Assembly (NCBI GenBank): GCA_038874655.1
Contig: JAVZBY010000002.1
Span: 150,050 to 201,700 of the forward strand
Source of the DNA: Candidatus Woesearchaeota archaeon
GTDB lineage: Archaea > Nanobdellota > Nanobdellia > Woesearchaeales > GW2011-AR15
Length of the DNA: 51,651 bases
Reading direction: 5' to 3'
A program made the position numbers and the translations under genes. The notes under the pieces were generated by a model. That model was not told the DNA's origin, did no database searches, and saw nothing but the letters and a program-made list of their open reading frames with translations. Below, piece by piece: positions 28,498 through 37,295 of the stretch; position 1 is the first letter of the stretch, and every line of letters begins with the position of its first letter.

Positions 28498-28986
28498 CTA
28501 ATTCAATGCATTTTTTAAATAATCAATTAATCTATTAATTTTAGTTCTATTTTGAATGGAGATATTGTCATATACTTTTCCAATACCTTCTTGATTAGTC
28601 ATTTCTTGTAATCTTTTGACAATTTCTTCTAAATGGGATTTACTATTTTTTAATGAACTTTCAATATTTTCAGCACATTCACCAGAAACTTTTAATCTAT
28701 AAGAGCTATCAAAAATAAAAGAAGATTTTGGCATTATAGGGATTTTACTTTCATTAGGCATGTAAAAAAAACTTTTTCTTTCAACATCAATTGAAACACC
28801 CATTACTAATCTTTCAGGATCATATGAAATTCTAACAATATCATAAGAAAAAATCTTTGCATCATTTTTATTACTATTTTCATTACTATTTATTTCTTTT
28901 ATTTGACTATATTGTAAAACTATTGTAGTTAATCCATTTTCTTCATTAATTTTAAACTCTGGAATTGATTTTTCTTCAAATATCAT
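28498..28986 (-). CDS. Hypothetical protein
   Basis: ATG at 28986 follows SD-like ggggtgg; no family recognised. Confidence 0.55.
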   Translation of the reverse strand: MIFEEKSIPEFKINEENGLTTIVLQYSQIKEINSNENSNKNDAKIFSYDIVRISYDPERLVMGVSIDVERKSFFYMPNESKIPIMPKSSFIFDSSYRLKVSGECAENIESSLKNSKSHLEEIVKRLQEMTNQEGIGKVYDNISIQNRTKINRLIDYLKNALN

Positions 28987-29048
28987 TTTTTTCCACCCCA
29001 ACAAATTTAAAAATTTAATTAATTATATTAATCTTTTTCTACTTTCTT

Positions 29049-30371
29049 TTAGAAAAACTCTTCTAATCCCTTTTGTTTATTAGTTCTATTTTGTATGCTA
29101 GTAATATTTAAATTTTTATTATTCTCTATCTCATTGCTTTCTTCATCATCTATTTTTATTGCAACTCCATTAAAAACAGGAATTCCATAATTACCATCAT
29201 ATCCAGGAATAACCTTTATTTCTTGATTTCTATTCTTTAAAATAAATTCTGCTAATTTTTTATCAACATATCTTTCAATTTCTTCTATTGGTGTTTTTCG
29301 CAATATATCAAATTCACTTCCTAATTTACCAACTAATTTATAATAAGTTTCCCAAACAAACTTAGATGAAACATTTTTTCTATAAACTGCACTAATCAAT
29401 TCACTTAAAGGAAGCAATTTTTTAAAATCAATTGCATCTTTAGGTTTAAAACCATAAGGTCTATCAGCTAATTCATTTACTCTGTGTTCAACTCCAATAG
29501 TTAATGGCTTTCTACATTTTGGACAAATATTTTTCAATTTAATTGCTTCTTCTGGAGAAACAGAAAAATTGCAATTTCTATGCCCATCATAATGATATTT
29601 ACCATATCCAGGATCAACTTCAATTGTTTCTTTTAACCCTTGTTTTGTTCTTATTGCTTTTATAATATTATCGTATGTAAATTTGTCTTCATCCTCAAAA
29701 TCAAAAATAGTTGTTTCTCTGCCTAAACGCCATGGCCAATAACTATGACTGTCTGAAAAACTAACTAAAGAAAATCTATCTAATTTAGAAAGCCGCCAAT
29801 TCATTTCAGGATCACTAGATAATCCTGTTTCTAATGCATATATCTTATTTGCTTTTTCCTGAAATGCCTCTTCAACAGAATTAAAACCAGAATTACTTCC
29901 AAACAAACCAAACCAAGGTGTCCAAACATGCGCAGGAATTATTTCAATTTTATCGTCAATCTCTTTCATTATTTCAGTAAATTCTGGACAAGACATCCCA
30001 AAAATAGGTCTGCCATCATAATCAATTCTGCCTTTTTTCAATAATGCTTCTGAAACTTGTTCTGCAACATCAAAACTTTTAACCCAAACAATATTATGGA
30101 TTTTTCTTCCTTTCCCAGCTTGGCTATAAATTAAAGAGATTTCACTTGTTAAAATAAAAGGAAAATTATTTTTTGTTCTTAAAATTCCACTGCCATCTTC
30201 ATTTAGACTTTCTTTTAATTCTTTAATCCACTTTGGATGTTGAAAATCACCAGTTCCTAATAAATTAATGCCTTTAATTTTTGCATATTTCTCCATATTT
30301 TCTATATTCAAATCCTTGGAGCATGCTCTACTATATTTTGAATGCAAATGCAAATCTGAGATAATTTCCAT
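29049..30371 (-). CDS. Endonuclease Q family protein (PHP domain plus Zn finger)
   Basis: DLHLHSKYSRACS, GTGDF.HP, PAHVWTPW, ETGLSSD, SDSHS, GKYHYDGHR.C, CPKC, GYDG.YG. Confidence 0.92.
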   Translation of the reverse strand: MEIISDLHLHSKYSRACSKDLNIENMEKYAKIKGINLLGTGDFQHPKWIKELKESLNEDGSGILRTKNNFPFILTSEISLIYSQAGKGRKIHNIVWVKSFDVAEQVSEALLKKGRIDYDGRPIFGMSCPEFTEIMKEIDDKIEIIPAHVWTPWFGLFGSNSGFNSVEEAFQEKANKIYALETGLSSDPEMNWRLSKLDRFSLVSFSDSHSYWPWRLGRETTIFDFEDEDKFTYDNIIKAIRTKQGLKETIEVDPGYGKYHYDGHRNCNFSVSPEEAIKLKNICPKCRKPLTIGVEHRVNELADRPYGFKPKDAIDFKKLLPLSELISAVYRKNVSSKFVWETYYKLVGKLGSEFDILRKTPIEEIERYVDKKLAEFILKNRNQEIKVIPGYDGNYGIPVFNGVAIKIDDEESNEIENNKNLNITSIQNRTNKQKGLEEFF

Positions 30372-30488
30372 TAAATAATAAAATTTGTAAAGTTATTTAA
30401 AAGTTGTTGTATATATTTTGTAAATAAAATTTTTCATCTAAAAAGATCTTAAACCTAATTAAAAAGTAAAAATAGTTAAAACAAAAAA

Positions 30489-30528
30489 TATAAATATATG
30501 GTTTTAAACCATAATACTATGGTTTTAA
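30489..30528 (+). promoter_or_regulatory. TATA box with overlapping inverted/direct repeat operator
   Basis: TATAAATA at 30489; TATGGTTT-t-AAACCATA-atac-TATGGTTT at 30497-30525. Confidence 0.6.
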
Positions 30529-31169
30529 GTAATAATAAAAAAGAGTCAAAGATAATAAATCTTAAAAAAACAGATTTTAAAGAAGAATATTTGAATATAC
30601 TTAGAATATTAATAGAAAATTCTGATAAAGTATATAGCATAAGAAAACTTTCTCTCCAAAGAAATATAAATTATAAATCAGCATATTATGTAATTTTAAA
30701 GTTAAAGGAGTATAATATTATTGATTTAGAAAAACAAGGAAATACTTCTTTTGTAAAATTCAATTTTAATTTTCATGATTCAGTATTCTTAGTTGAAAAT
30801 CAAAGAAAAAAAGATTTTTTAAAAAATGATGATTTTAATGTTTTATATAATAGAATAAGTCAAAATATAAAAAACCCTTTTTTTATTTTATTAGTTTTTG
30901 GCTCATATGCCAAAGGAACACAAACAAAAAATTCAGACCTAGATCTTTGTCTAATAACAGATAATGAAAATATAAAAAAAGAAATTAATTTAATAATTGA
31001 GACAATACCCTATGAAATTCATTTTTTAGATTTTACAACAAATGAATTTTTAAAAATGTTAAAAACAACAGATTTCAATATTTCAAAAGAAATAGTAAAT
31101 AACAAAATAATTCTTAATGGCATAGAATTATTTTATAATTTAATAAATAGGTATAAAAAAAACAAATAA
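30519..31169 (+). CDS. wHTH plus minimal nucleotidyltransferase (MNT antitoxin-like)
   Basis: YSIRKLS....INYKSAY HTH; FGSYAKG....SDLDL. ATG 30519 chosen from TATA spacing. Confidence 0.85.
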   Translation: MVLSNNKKESKIINLKKTDFKEEYLNILRILIENSDKVYSIRKLSLQRNINYKSAYYVILKLKEYNIIDLEKQGNTSFVKFNFNFHDSVFLVENQRKKDFLKNDDFNVLYNRISQNIKNPFFILLVFGSYAKGTQTKNSDLDLCLITDNENIKKEINLIIETIPYEIHFLDFTTNEFLKMLKTTDFNISKEIVNNKIILNGIELFYNLINRYKKNK

Positions 31170-31265
31170 AAAAATTAATATACTAATTTATATTTAATTT
31201 TATATTAAAATAATATTAAAAAAATATATAATTTTTATTAAGCAAAATTTGATAATAACTAAAAA

Positions 31266-31808
31266 ATGTTGTCTAAACAAAGAATAAAGGAAGCAGAGTT
31301 AAATTTTAAACAATATTTAAATGAAGGATTATTAAAAAAAGAATTATACAGAAAAGAGATTTATAATACATTTATCGATAATTTTAACCAATCTATAAAG
31401 TTGCTTAATATTATTAATAAAGAGAATATTTCTAATTTATGGCAAATAGTTGTTTCTTATTACACTATGTTTTATATTGCAAATGCTTTTCTTTATAAGT
31501 TAGGTTTTAAAACAGGAAATAAAATAGTACATAAAGTTGTCTCAGATTCATTAATTGTCTTAGCTAGAGAAAAACTGAAAGAAACATATTTAGAAGATTA
31601 TGAAACTATTAAAAATGAAGCTTTGGAATTAGCTTATAATAAAGCAGATGAAATTCTAGATTACTATGATAAAGAGAGAATAAAAAGAAATATTTTTCAA
31701 TATGAAACACATGAAGAAATAAAAAAATCAAAAGCAAAAACTTCTTTTGAAAGAGCCATTTTATTTAGTAATGAAATCTTAAAGTTATTAAATAAAGATA
31801 AAATCTAA
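31266..31808 (+). CDS. HEPN-domain protein (toxin-like partner of MNT)
   Basis: SYYTMFY.ANA.L...G, H, RNIFQY; directly downstream of the MNT gene. Confidence 0.8.
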   Translation: MLSKQRIKEAELNFKQYLNEGLLKKELYRKEIYNTFIDNFNQSIKLLNIINKENISNLWQIVVSYYTMFYIANAFLYKLGFKTGNKIVHKVVSDSLIVLAREKLKETYLEDYETIKNEALELAYNKADEILDYYDKERIKRNIFQYETHEEIKKSKAKTSFERAILFSNEILKLLNKDKI

Positions 31809-31818
31809 TTTATTATTA

Positions 31819-31851
31819 ACATTATTATGCAACTTACATTATCATGCAACT
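31819..31851. repeat. Tandem 16-bp direct repeat
   Basis: acattattatgcaact and acattatcatgcaact, period 17. Confidence 0.7.
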
Positions 31852-31875
31852 AATTTATTAAAAAAGTTAATCAAA

Positions 31876-33792
31876 ATGCAATTCAAAAATTTTATATTAG
31901 ACGATTTCCAAGTAGAAGCAATAAAATCAATAGAAAACAACAACTCTGTTGTAGTTTCAGCAGCAACAGGAACTGGAAAAACACTTATAGCAGATTATAT
32001 TATTGACAAATATCTTAAAGAAAACAAAAGAATAATTTATACTGCTCCTATAAAAGCTCTTTCTGCACAAAAATACAGGGACTTTAAACATGAGTATGGT
32101 GAAGAAAATATTGGAATAATGACAGGAGATGTTGTAATAAATCCAAATGCCCCTGTTTTAATAATGACTACAGAGATTTACAGAAACATGCTTTTATCTA
32201 AAGATGAAGCAATTGATTATGTAAAATATGTTATCTTTGACGAAATACATTATATAAGCGATATAGAAAGAGGAACTGTTTGGGAAGAATCAATAATCTT
32301 TTCACCTGAGGAAATAAGATTTTTATGTTTATCAGCCACTATTCCTAATGCAGAGCAATTTGCAAAATGGATAAGCACAATAAAAAAACATAAGGTTGAT
32401 GTTGTTAAATATGATAAAAGAGCAGTTCCATTAGAGCATTTAGTTTATGATCCTATTTTAGGATTAACAAAGATAGATGAAGTTATAAAACATAATAATT
32501 CTTTGCCTAAAAAAAAGCAAAAATCAAAAAAAGATAAAAAATCAGAAATACTAATTCCAAATCACATTGATTTAATAGCCCAAATTCAAGATAGATTGCC
32601 GGCAATTGTTTTTGATTTTTCAAGAAAAGAATGCGAAAAAAAAGCAGTTGAATTATCACAAAAAATTGATTTTTTAGATTCAAAACAAAAAGCAAGAATA
32701 GTAAGCTTAGCTAATGACTTAATTAGTCCTGAATATAGACAATTAGAAAGCATTCAAACATTAAAAAGAGTGTTAAGTAAAGGAATTGCATTTCATCATG
32801 CTGGCTTATTGCCAAAAGCAAAAGAATTAGTTGAATTATTATTCTCAGAAGGCATAATTAAAGTTTTATATGCAACTGAAACCTTTGCTGTTGGTATAAA
32901 TATGCCTGCCAAAAGTGTGGTTTTTGCTTCTTTAGAAAAATTTGATGGTGCAACTTTTAGATATATTAATTCAAAGGAATATTTTCAATTAGCTGGCAGG
33001 GCAGGAAGAAGAGGTATTGATAAAATTGGCTATGCAATTGCAATTATAGAAAGAGGTTATACTAATTTAGAAAAACTAAAACAAATGTCAACAAAAGATG
33101 ATATTCCTATTACTTCTCAATTTAATTTAAGTTTTAATAGTGTTTTAAATCTTATAAAAAATCATGAGCCAAATGAAAGAGAAACTATATTGAAAATGAA
33201 TTTTGATTATTTCTTAAGAAAACAGAGTAATGCACAAGTTAGAATAATGGCTTCTTATAACCATAAATTAAAAATCTTAAAAATGATGAATTATGTATCT
33301 GGTGAAAAAAATAAAGAGCAATTAACAGAAAAAGGACTTTTTGCAACTAAAATTTATTCCAATGAATTAATGATAACAGAAATCTTTTGCTCAGATTTAT
33401 ACAAACAATTTAATGAAACAGAACTGAACATAATTGTTGCATCTATAGTCTATGAACCAAGAGGTAAAGATTATTTTACAATGAAAGGTATAGAAAAGAC
33501 ATATGATAAAATAATGCGAATTTTATCAACACATAATTATGTAATAAAAAACATTAATAAACTATTCTTGAAAAGAATGATTAGGGTTATAGGAGATTTT
33601 TCTAATGGCTCAGATTTTACTGATTTATTAGATTTGTGTAATTTAGATGAAGGCGATTTAATAAGATTAATCAGGCGTGTTATTGATATGTTAAGACAAA
33701 TAAAAAATGCTACTTCTGATTATGAATTAGAAAATAAAATTTACACATGCATAGAAAAATTATATAGGGATGTAGTTAAATTTGAGTTTTAA
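31876..33792 (+). CDS. Ski2/HelY-like SF2 helicase with DSHCT-like C-terminus
   Basis: ATGTGKT, PIKALS, DEIH, SAT, HHAGL, TETFAVGINMPA, QLAGRAGRRG, EGDLIR. Confidence 0.9.
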   Translation: MQFKNFILDDFQVEAIKSIENNNSVVVSAATGTGKTLIADYIIDKYLKENKRIIYTAPIKALSAQKYRDFKHEYGEENIGIMTGDVVINPNAPVLIMTTEIYRNMLLSKDEAIDYVKYVIFDEIHYISDIERGTVWEESIIFSPEEIRFLCLSATIPNAEQFAKWISTIKKHKVDVVKYDKRAVPLEHLVYDPILGLTKIDEVIKHNNSLPKKKQKSKKDKKSEILIPNHIDLIAQIQDRLPAIVFDFSRKECEKKAVELSQKIDFLDSKQKARIVSLANDLISPEYRQLESIQTLKRVLSKGIAFHHAGLLPKAKELVELLFSEGIIKVLYATETFAVGINMPAKSVVFASLEKFDGATFRYINSKEYFQLAGRAGRRGIDKIGYAIAIIERGYTNLEKLKQMSTKDDIPITSQFNLSFNSVLNLIKNHEPNERETILKMNFDYFLRKQSNAQVRIMASYNHKLKILKMMNYVSGEKNKEQLTEKGLFATKIYSNELMITEIFCSDLYKQFNETELNIIVASIVYEPRGKDYFTMKGIEKTYDKIMRILSTHNYVIKNINKLFLKRMIRVIGDFSNGSDFTDLLDLCNLDEGDLIRLIRRVIDMLRQIKNATSDYELENKIYTCIEKLYRDVVKFEF

Positions 33793-33891
33793 TTTTTTTA
33801 TATTTCCTAGTTTTATATATTTTTAAATTAAAATTTAGATTACTTAAAATTAGAAACATTTTTATAGTTTAAGTACAAAATAATTTTAGGG

Positions 33892-34329
33892 GTGGTAAAA
33901 ATAGTTAAGAAAAAAGAATCTCAAAAACAAGATTCTCATGAAAAGAAACAAGAAAAATCACATGATTCCAATGGGGAAAAAACACAAGAAATAAAACATG
34001 TTGAAACTAAAACAAAGCAAGAAAATCATGATGATGGAAAAACAATAGCAATAATTTCTTATTTAACTTGGATAGGATTATTAATAGCATTCATAATGAA
34101 CAATGAAAAGAAAGATGAATTTGCCAAATTTCATATAAGGCAATCATTATTATTAACTCTATTAGGAATTGCATTGTCATTTGTTTTTTGGCTTCCTTTA
34201 ATTGGCTGGGCTTTATCAATTGCTTTTATTGTCTTTTGGATAATGGGCTTAATCTCAGCAATAAACGGAGAAGAAAAAGAACTTCCTGTTATTGGAAAAT
34301 ACGCACAGGAATGGTTTAAGGGGCTGTAG
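33892..34329 (+). CDS. DUF4870-like membrane protein
   Basis: IAIISYL..IG, FAKFHIRQS, A.NGE.KELPVIG. Confidence 0.8.
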   Translation: MVKIVKKKESQKQDSHEKKQEKSHDSNGEKTQEIKHVETKTKQENHDDGKTIAIISYLTWIGLLIAFIMNNEKKDEFAKFHIRQSLLLTLLGIALSFVFWLPLIGWALSIAFIVFWIMGLISAINGEEKELPVIGKYAQEWFKGL

Positions 34330-34366
34330 GTTTTTTATTTGTTTTTTATATTTTTTTTAATAATAA

Positions 34367-35389
34367 TTATCCTCTCCATCCTTTACTTGTATAACCTCCT
34401 TGTTTTGCTTGTCTTTCTAGATAATTGTTTGCAATATTTCTACTATTTTTATGTGAATTCCTTTCTCTTAATTGTGCTAGTATAGCATCATTTTTTTCTT
34501 TTGGAGTTGGTTGAAGATTATAACTAGTTTCTTGTTGTCCTTCTAATATGCCGTAAACCTCAAATACATTAAACATGCCTTGTTGCAGATCACCAACTAA
34601 AATTACTTGATTTGAGGGACCAGAAGCATTTTGTAATAACCACTCTAAAGTTTTTATATCTACAGAATTTGTAGGAAATTGAACAGCAATTTGATTTCCA
34701 TCTGATGTATAAAATGTCCAATGTGAAACATTATCTTTGATTTCAAAAGGACCACTTGGATTAAAATATCCTTTTACAACTTCGTATTGACTAATTCCAT
34801 CAGGTATTTCACTATTATTCCAAGGTTCATTAAAAACATGTAAAACATTCATTTCTAAACCACTATATTTTTGTGCTTCATTTTGAGGTATTTTTACTAT
34901 TTTTCCTTGTCCAAATGGGACACCATCCATTAATAAAGTATATAAAGTTTTTTCAGATAATGCAAAAACACCCTCTTCAGTAATAAGAACATAAGATCCA
35001 CTTTGATTTTCTGGCAGATCTTTATTTCCAAATCTTGCTAAAAAAGGAATTTGTTGTGTAGCTGTAGGAAAAGGAGGCATTGCTGTATTTCTTAAATCTA
35101 ACCAGGGACCTTTACAAGAAAAATCTAAACCATCATATTGTAATGCAACAACCACCATTCTTAGTTTATTATCCTTTTCCTCACTTTTAATACTCACTTT
35201 ATAATACCACAAATTTTCATTTGGTCCTTTTCCAATATTCTTACCACAATATTGTTGTGCAATGGCAGCAACTTGGGAACCACTAAGTCCTTCTACAGTA
35301 GAAATAACCTGTTCATTTGATGAACAACCTGCAATAAGATTAGCAGCTACTATCAAGATTGTAGGTAATAAAGTTATCCTTTTTTTCAT
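34367..35389 (-). CDS. Hypothetical lipoprotein
   Basis: MKKR plus hydrophobic stretch plus lipobox-like IAG|C; SD aggtt. Confidence 0.7.
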   Translation of the reverse strand: MKKRITLLPTILIVAANLIAGCSSNEQVISTVEGLSGSQVAAIAQQYCGKNIGKGPNENLWYYKVSIKSEEKDNKLRMVVVALQYDGLDFSCKGPWLDLRNTAMPPFPTATQQIPFLARFGNKDLPENQSGSYVLITEEGVFALSEKTLYTLLMDGVPFGQGKIVKIPQNEAQKYSGLEMNVLHVFNEPWNNSEIPDGISQYEVVKGYFNPSGPFEIKDNVSHWTFYTSDGNQIAVQFPTNSVDIKTLEWLLQNASGPSNQVILVGDLQQGMFNVFEVYGILEGQQETSYNLQPTPKEKNDAILAQLRERNSHKNSRNIANNYLERQAKQGGYTSKGWRG

Positions 35390-35492
35390 TTTAATAACCT
35401 TTTATTTTTTAATTATATCTATTTTTTAATTTTTTATAAAAAGGGACTACTATATAAACCTTTCTATTTTTTACCACTATTTAGTAATAATA

Positions 35493-35792
35493 TTAATTAA
35501 TGAAATATTTAATTAAGGGCTTAGAAATAGCATAGCCAATAGCACTAGAAACACTCATTATTACAAATTCAAATACATTTTGAGCCAATCTATCACTAGG
35601 TTTAATATAGGAAGGATTATTTATAATACTAGGTTTTTCTGGCATGAGTTTTGATAAATAATAAATTCCAAATATACCTAATACATCAAGATAAGAACTA
35701 CCTGAAAAACCATTATAACCTGTTTCTTGTTCAACTGCTAAAACTATTCCAGCAAGTCCACCTGTTATAATAGGCATAAAACAACCAGTCAT
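35493..35792 (-). CDS. Small hypothetical membrane protein
   Basis: Three Gly-rich hydrophobic segments. Confidence 0.55.
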   Translation of the reverse strand: MTGCFMPIITGGLAGIVLAVEQETGYNGFSGSSYLDVLGIFGIYYLSKLMPEKPSIINNPSYIKPSDRLAQNVFEFVIMSVSSAIGYAISKPLIKYFIN

Positions 35793-35853
35793 TATTTCAT
35801 TAAAAAAAAGGTTATATTTAAAATAGTCTTTTTATTTTTTAATTATTATTTTT

Positions 35854-36507
35854 TTAATAATATTTTATTTGTCCATCAAAATAAACCCCTTTTTTCAATT
35901 CAATAGGACGCCAATCATCAATAACTAAATTAGCATTAAGCCATTCTGCTAACTCTTTAGGATTTCCAATTGTTGCAGATAAAGCAATAAATTGTGCTTT
36001 TTTTAATATCTCTCTAAGTAAAGTAATAACAACCTCAAGAGTTGGTCCTCTTTCTGCATCGTTTAACAAATGAATTTCATCAATAACAACTGTTGCTATT
36101 TTTGTAATCCATGGAGCTTTATGTCTAATCAAAGAATCTAATTTCTCGCTAACAGTCACAATTAAATCATAATTAATCAAAAAATTATCAGCAGAATCCA
36201 CATCTCCTATAGATAATCCAACTTTTATATCTTTATATTTTTCTTTAAACTCATTAAATTTCTCGTTTGCTAAAGCTTTTAATGGAACAACATAAACAGC
36301 TTTCCCTAAATTATTATAAATGCCTTCTAACATAGCAATTTCAGCAATTAGTGTTTTTCCCGATGCAGTAGGCGTGCATATAAGTAAATTTTTCCTTTCT
36401 AATAATCCTGCTTTAATTGCTTTTTCTTGGCTAGGTCTTAACTCATTAATACTTTTTGATAAAATATCCTTTAATCTTGGATTTAATTTTAACTCTTTTA
36501 TTTTCAT
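35854..36507 (-). CDS. Hel308/Hjm-like helicase, N-terminal RecA1 domain only
   Basis: LRPSQEKAI, TPTASGKTLIAE, PLKALA.EK, DEIHLL...RGPTLE, SATIGN, WRPIEL, then stop. Confidence 0.85.
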   Translation of the reverse strand: MKIKELKLNPRLKDILSKSINELRPSQEKAIKAGLLERKNLLICTPTASGKTLIAEIAMLEGIYNNLGKAVYVVPLKALANEKFNEFKEKYKDIKVGLSIGDVDSADNFLINYDLIVTVSEKLDSLIRHKAPWITKIATVVIDEIHLLNDAERGPTLEVVITLLREILKKAQFIALSATIGNPKELAEWLNANLVIDDWRPIELKKGVYFDGQIKYY

Positions 36508-36644
36508 TTCAACATAGATAAAAAATATTAAGGATTATAAAAGTCTATCTTTTAAAAATATTAAACTTTAATTAACTATAACCCTTTATAATAAAAACTA
36601 AAAAATAAAAAAATATAAAAACCCTGAATAAATAAAAAAATAAT

Positions 36645-37295
36645 ATGGATTTTTTAATAATCTTTTTTATAATTGTTTCAATAATTTTATTTATTCTATT
36701 TATAAATTTAATTAAGGGGATTTTCAAAATTGCAATAACATTTATATTCATTATTTTACTAATTTTTTTATCATTTGGTTTATTAGTTTATTTAGATGCC
36801 AGAGATATAATCCAAAACACAAATAATAACACAAATATATACCTTCTCAAAGATGATAATCAAATAATAACAGGTTTTACAATGCATCAACTTAATCTAT
36901 CAACAGCAAAATCATTGTCAAAAAGAGAAATAACAAAACTTGAATCACTATATGAAAAAAAGGACTATACCAATCTTAAAGGAAAAAATTACAAATTAAT
37001 AATTATTGATAGAAAAGCATTTCCTAAAACAGAGGATTTTGACCCTGACAAAATAATAAACTCAATTAATGATGAATCTCAACTTAAATTTATCCAGTCT
37101 ATTGTTCAAGATAATTATAGCGATCCAAAGGCAATTGCATTTACAATGCTCATTTCATTAAGTTTAAGAAAAGATCCTCTATTTTTAATTAAAGAATATA
37201 AAAAGGGAAACATAATCCTTTATGAAGAAAATTTATCATTTAAAATGATCAAATTTTTTATAAAAAAAGAAAAAATTGAGCCAAGTAAAAAATGA
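36645..37295 (+). CDS. Membrane-anchored hypothetical protein
   Basis: Two N-terminal TM segments; 4-nt overlap with the next gene. Confidence 0.7.
   Translation: MDFLIIFFIIVSIILFILFINLIKGIFKIAITFIFIILLIFLSFGLLVYLDARDIIQNTNNNTNIYLLKDDNQIITGFTMHQLNLSTAKSLSKREITKLESLYEKKDYTNLKGKNYKLIIIDRKAFPKTEDFDPDKIINSINDESQLKFIQSIVQDNYSDPKAIAFTMLISLSLRKDPLFLIKEYKKGNIILYEENLSFKMIKFFIKKEKIEPSKK

Noticed and set aside
30498-30518. ATG 30498 as the MNT start
   Set aside because: It abuts the TATA box and is part of the operator repeat; ATG 30519 fits leaderless spacing.
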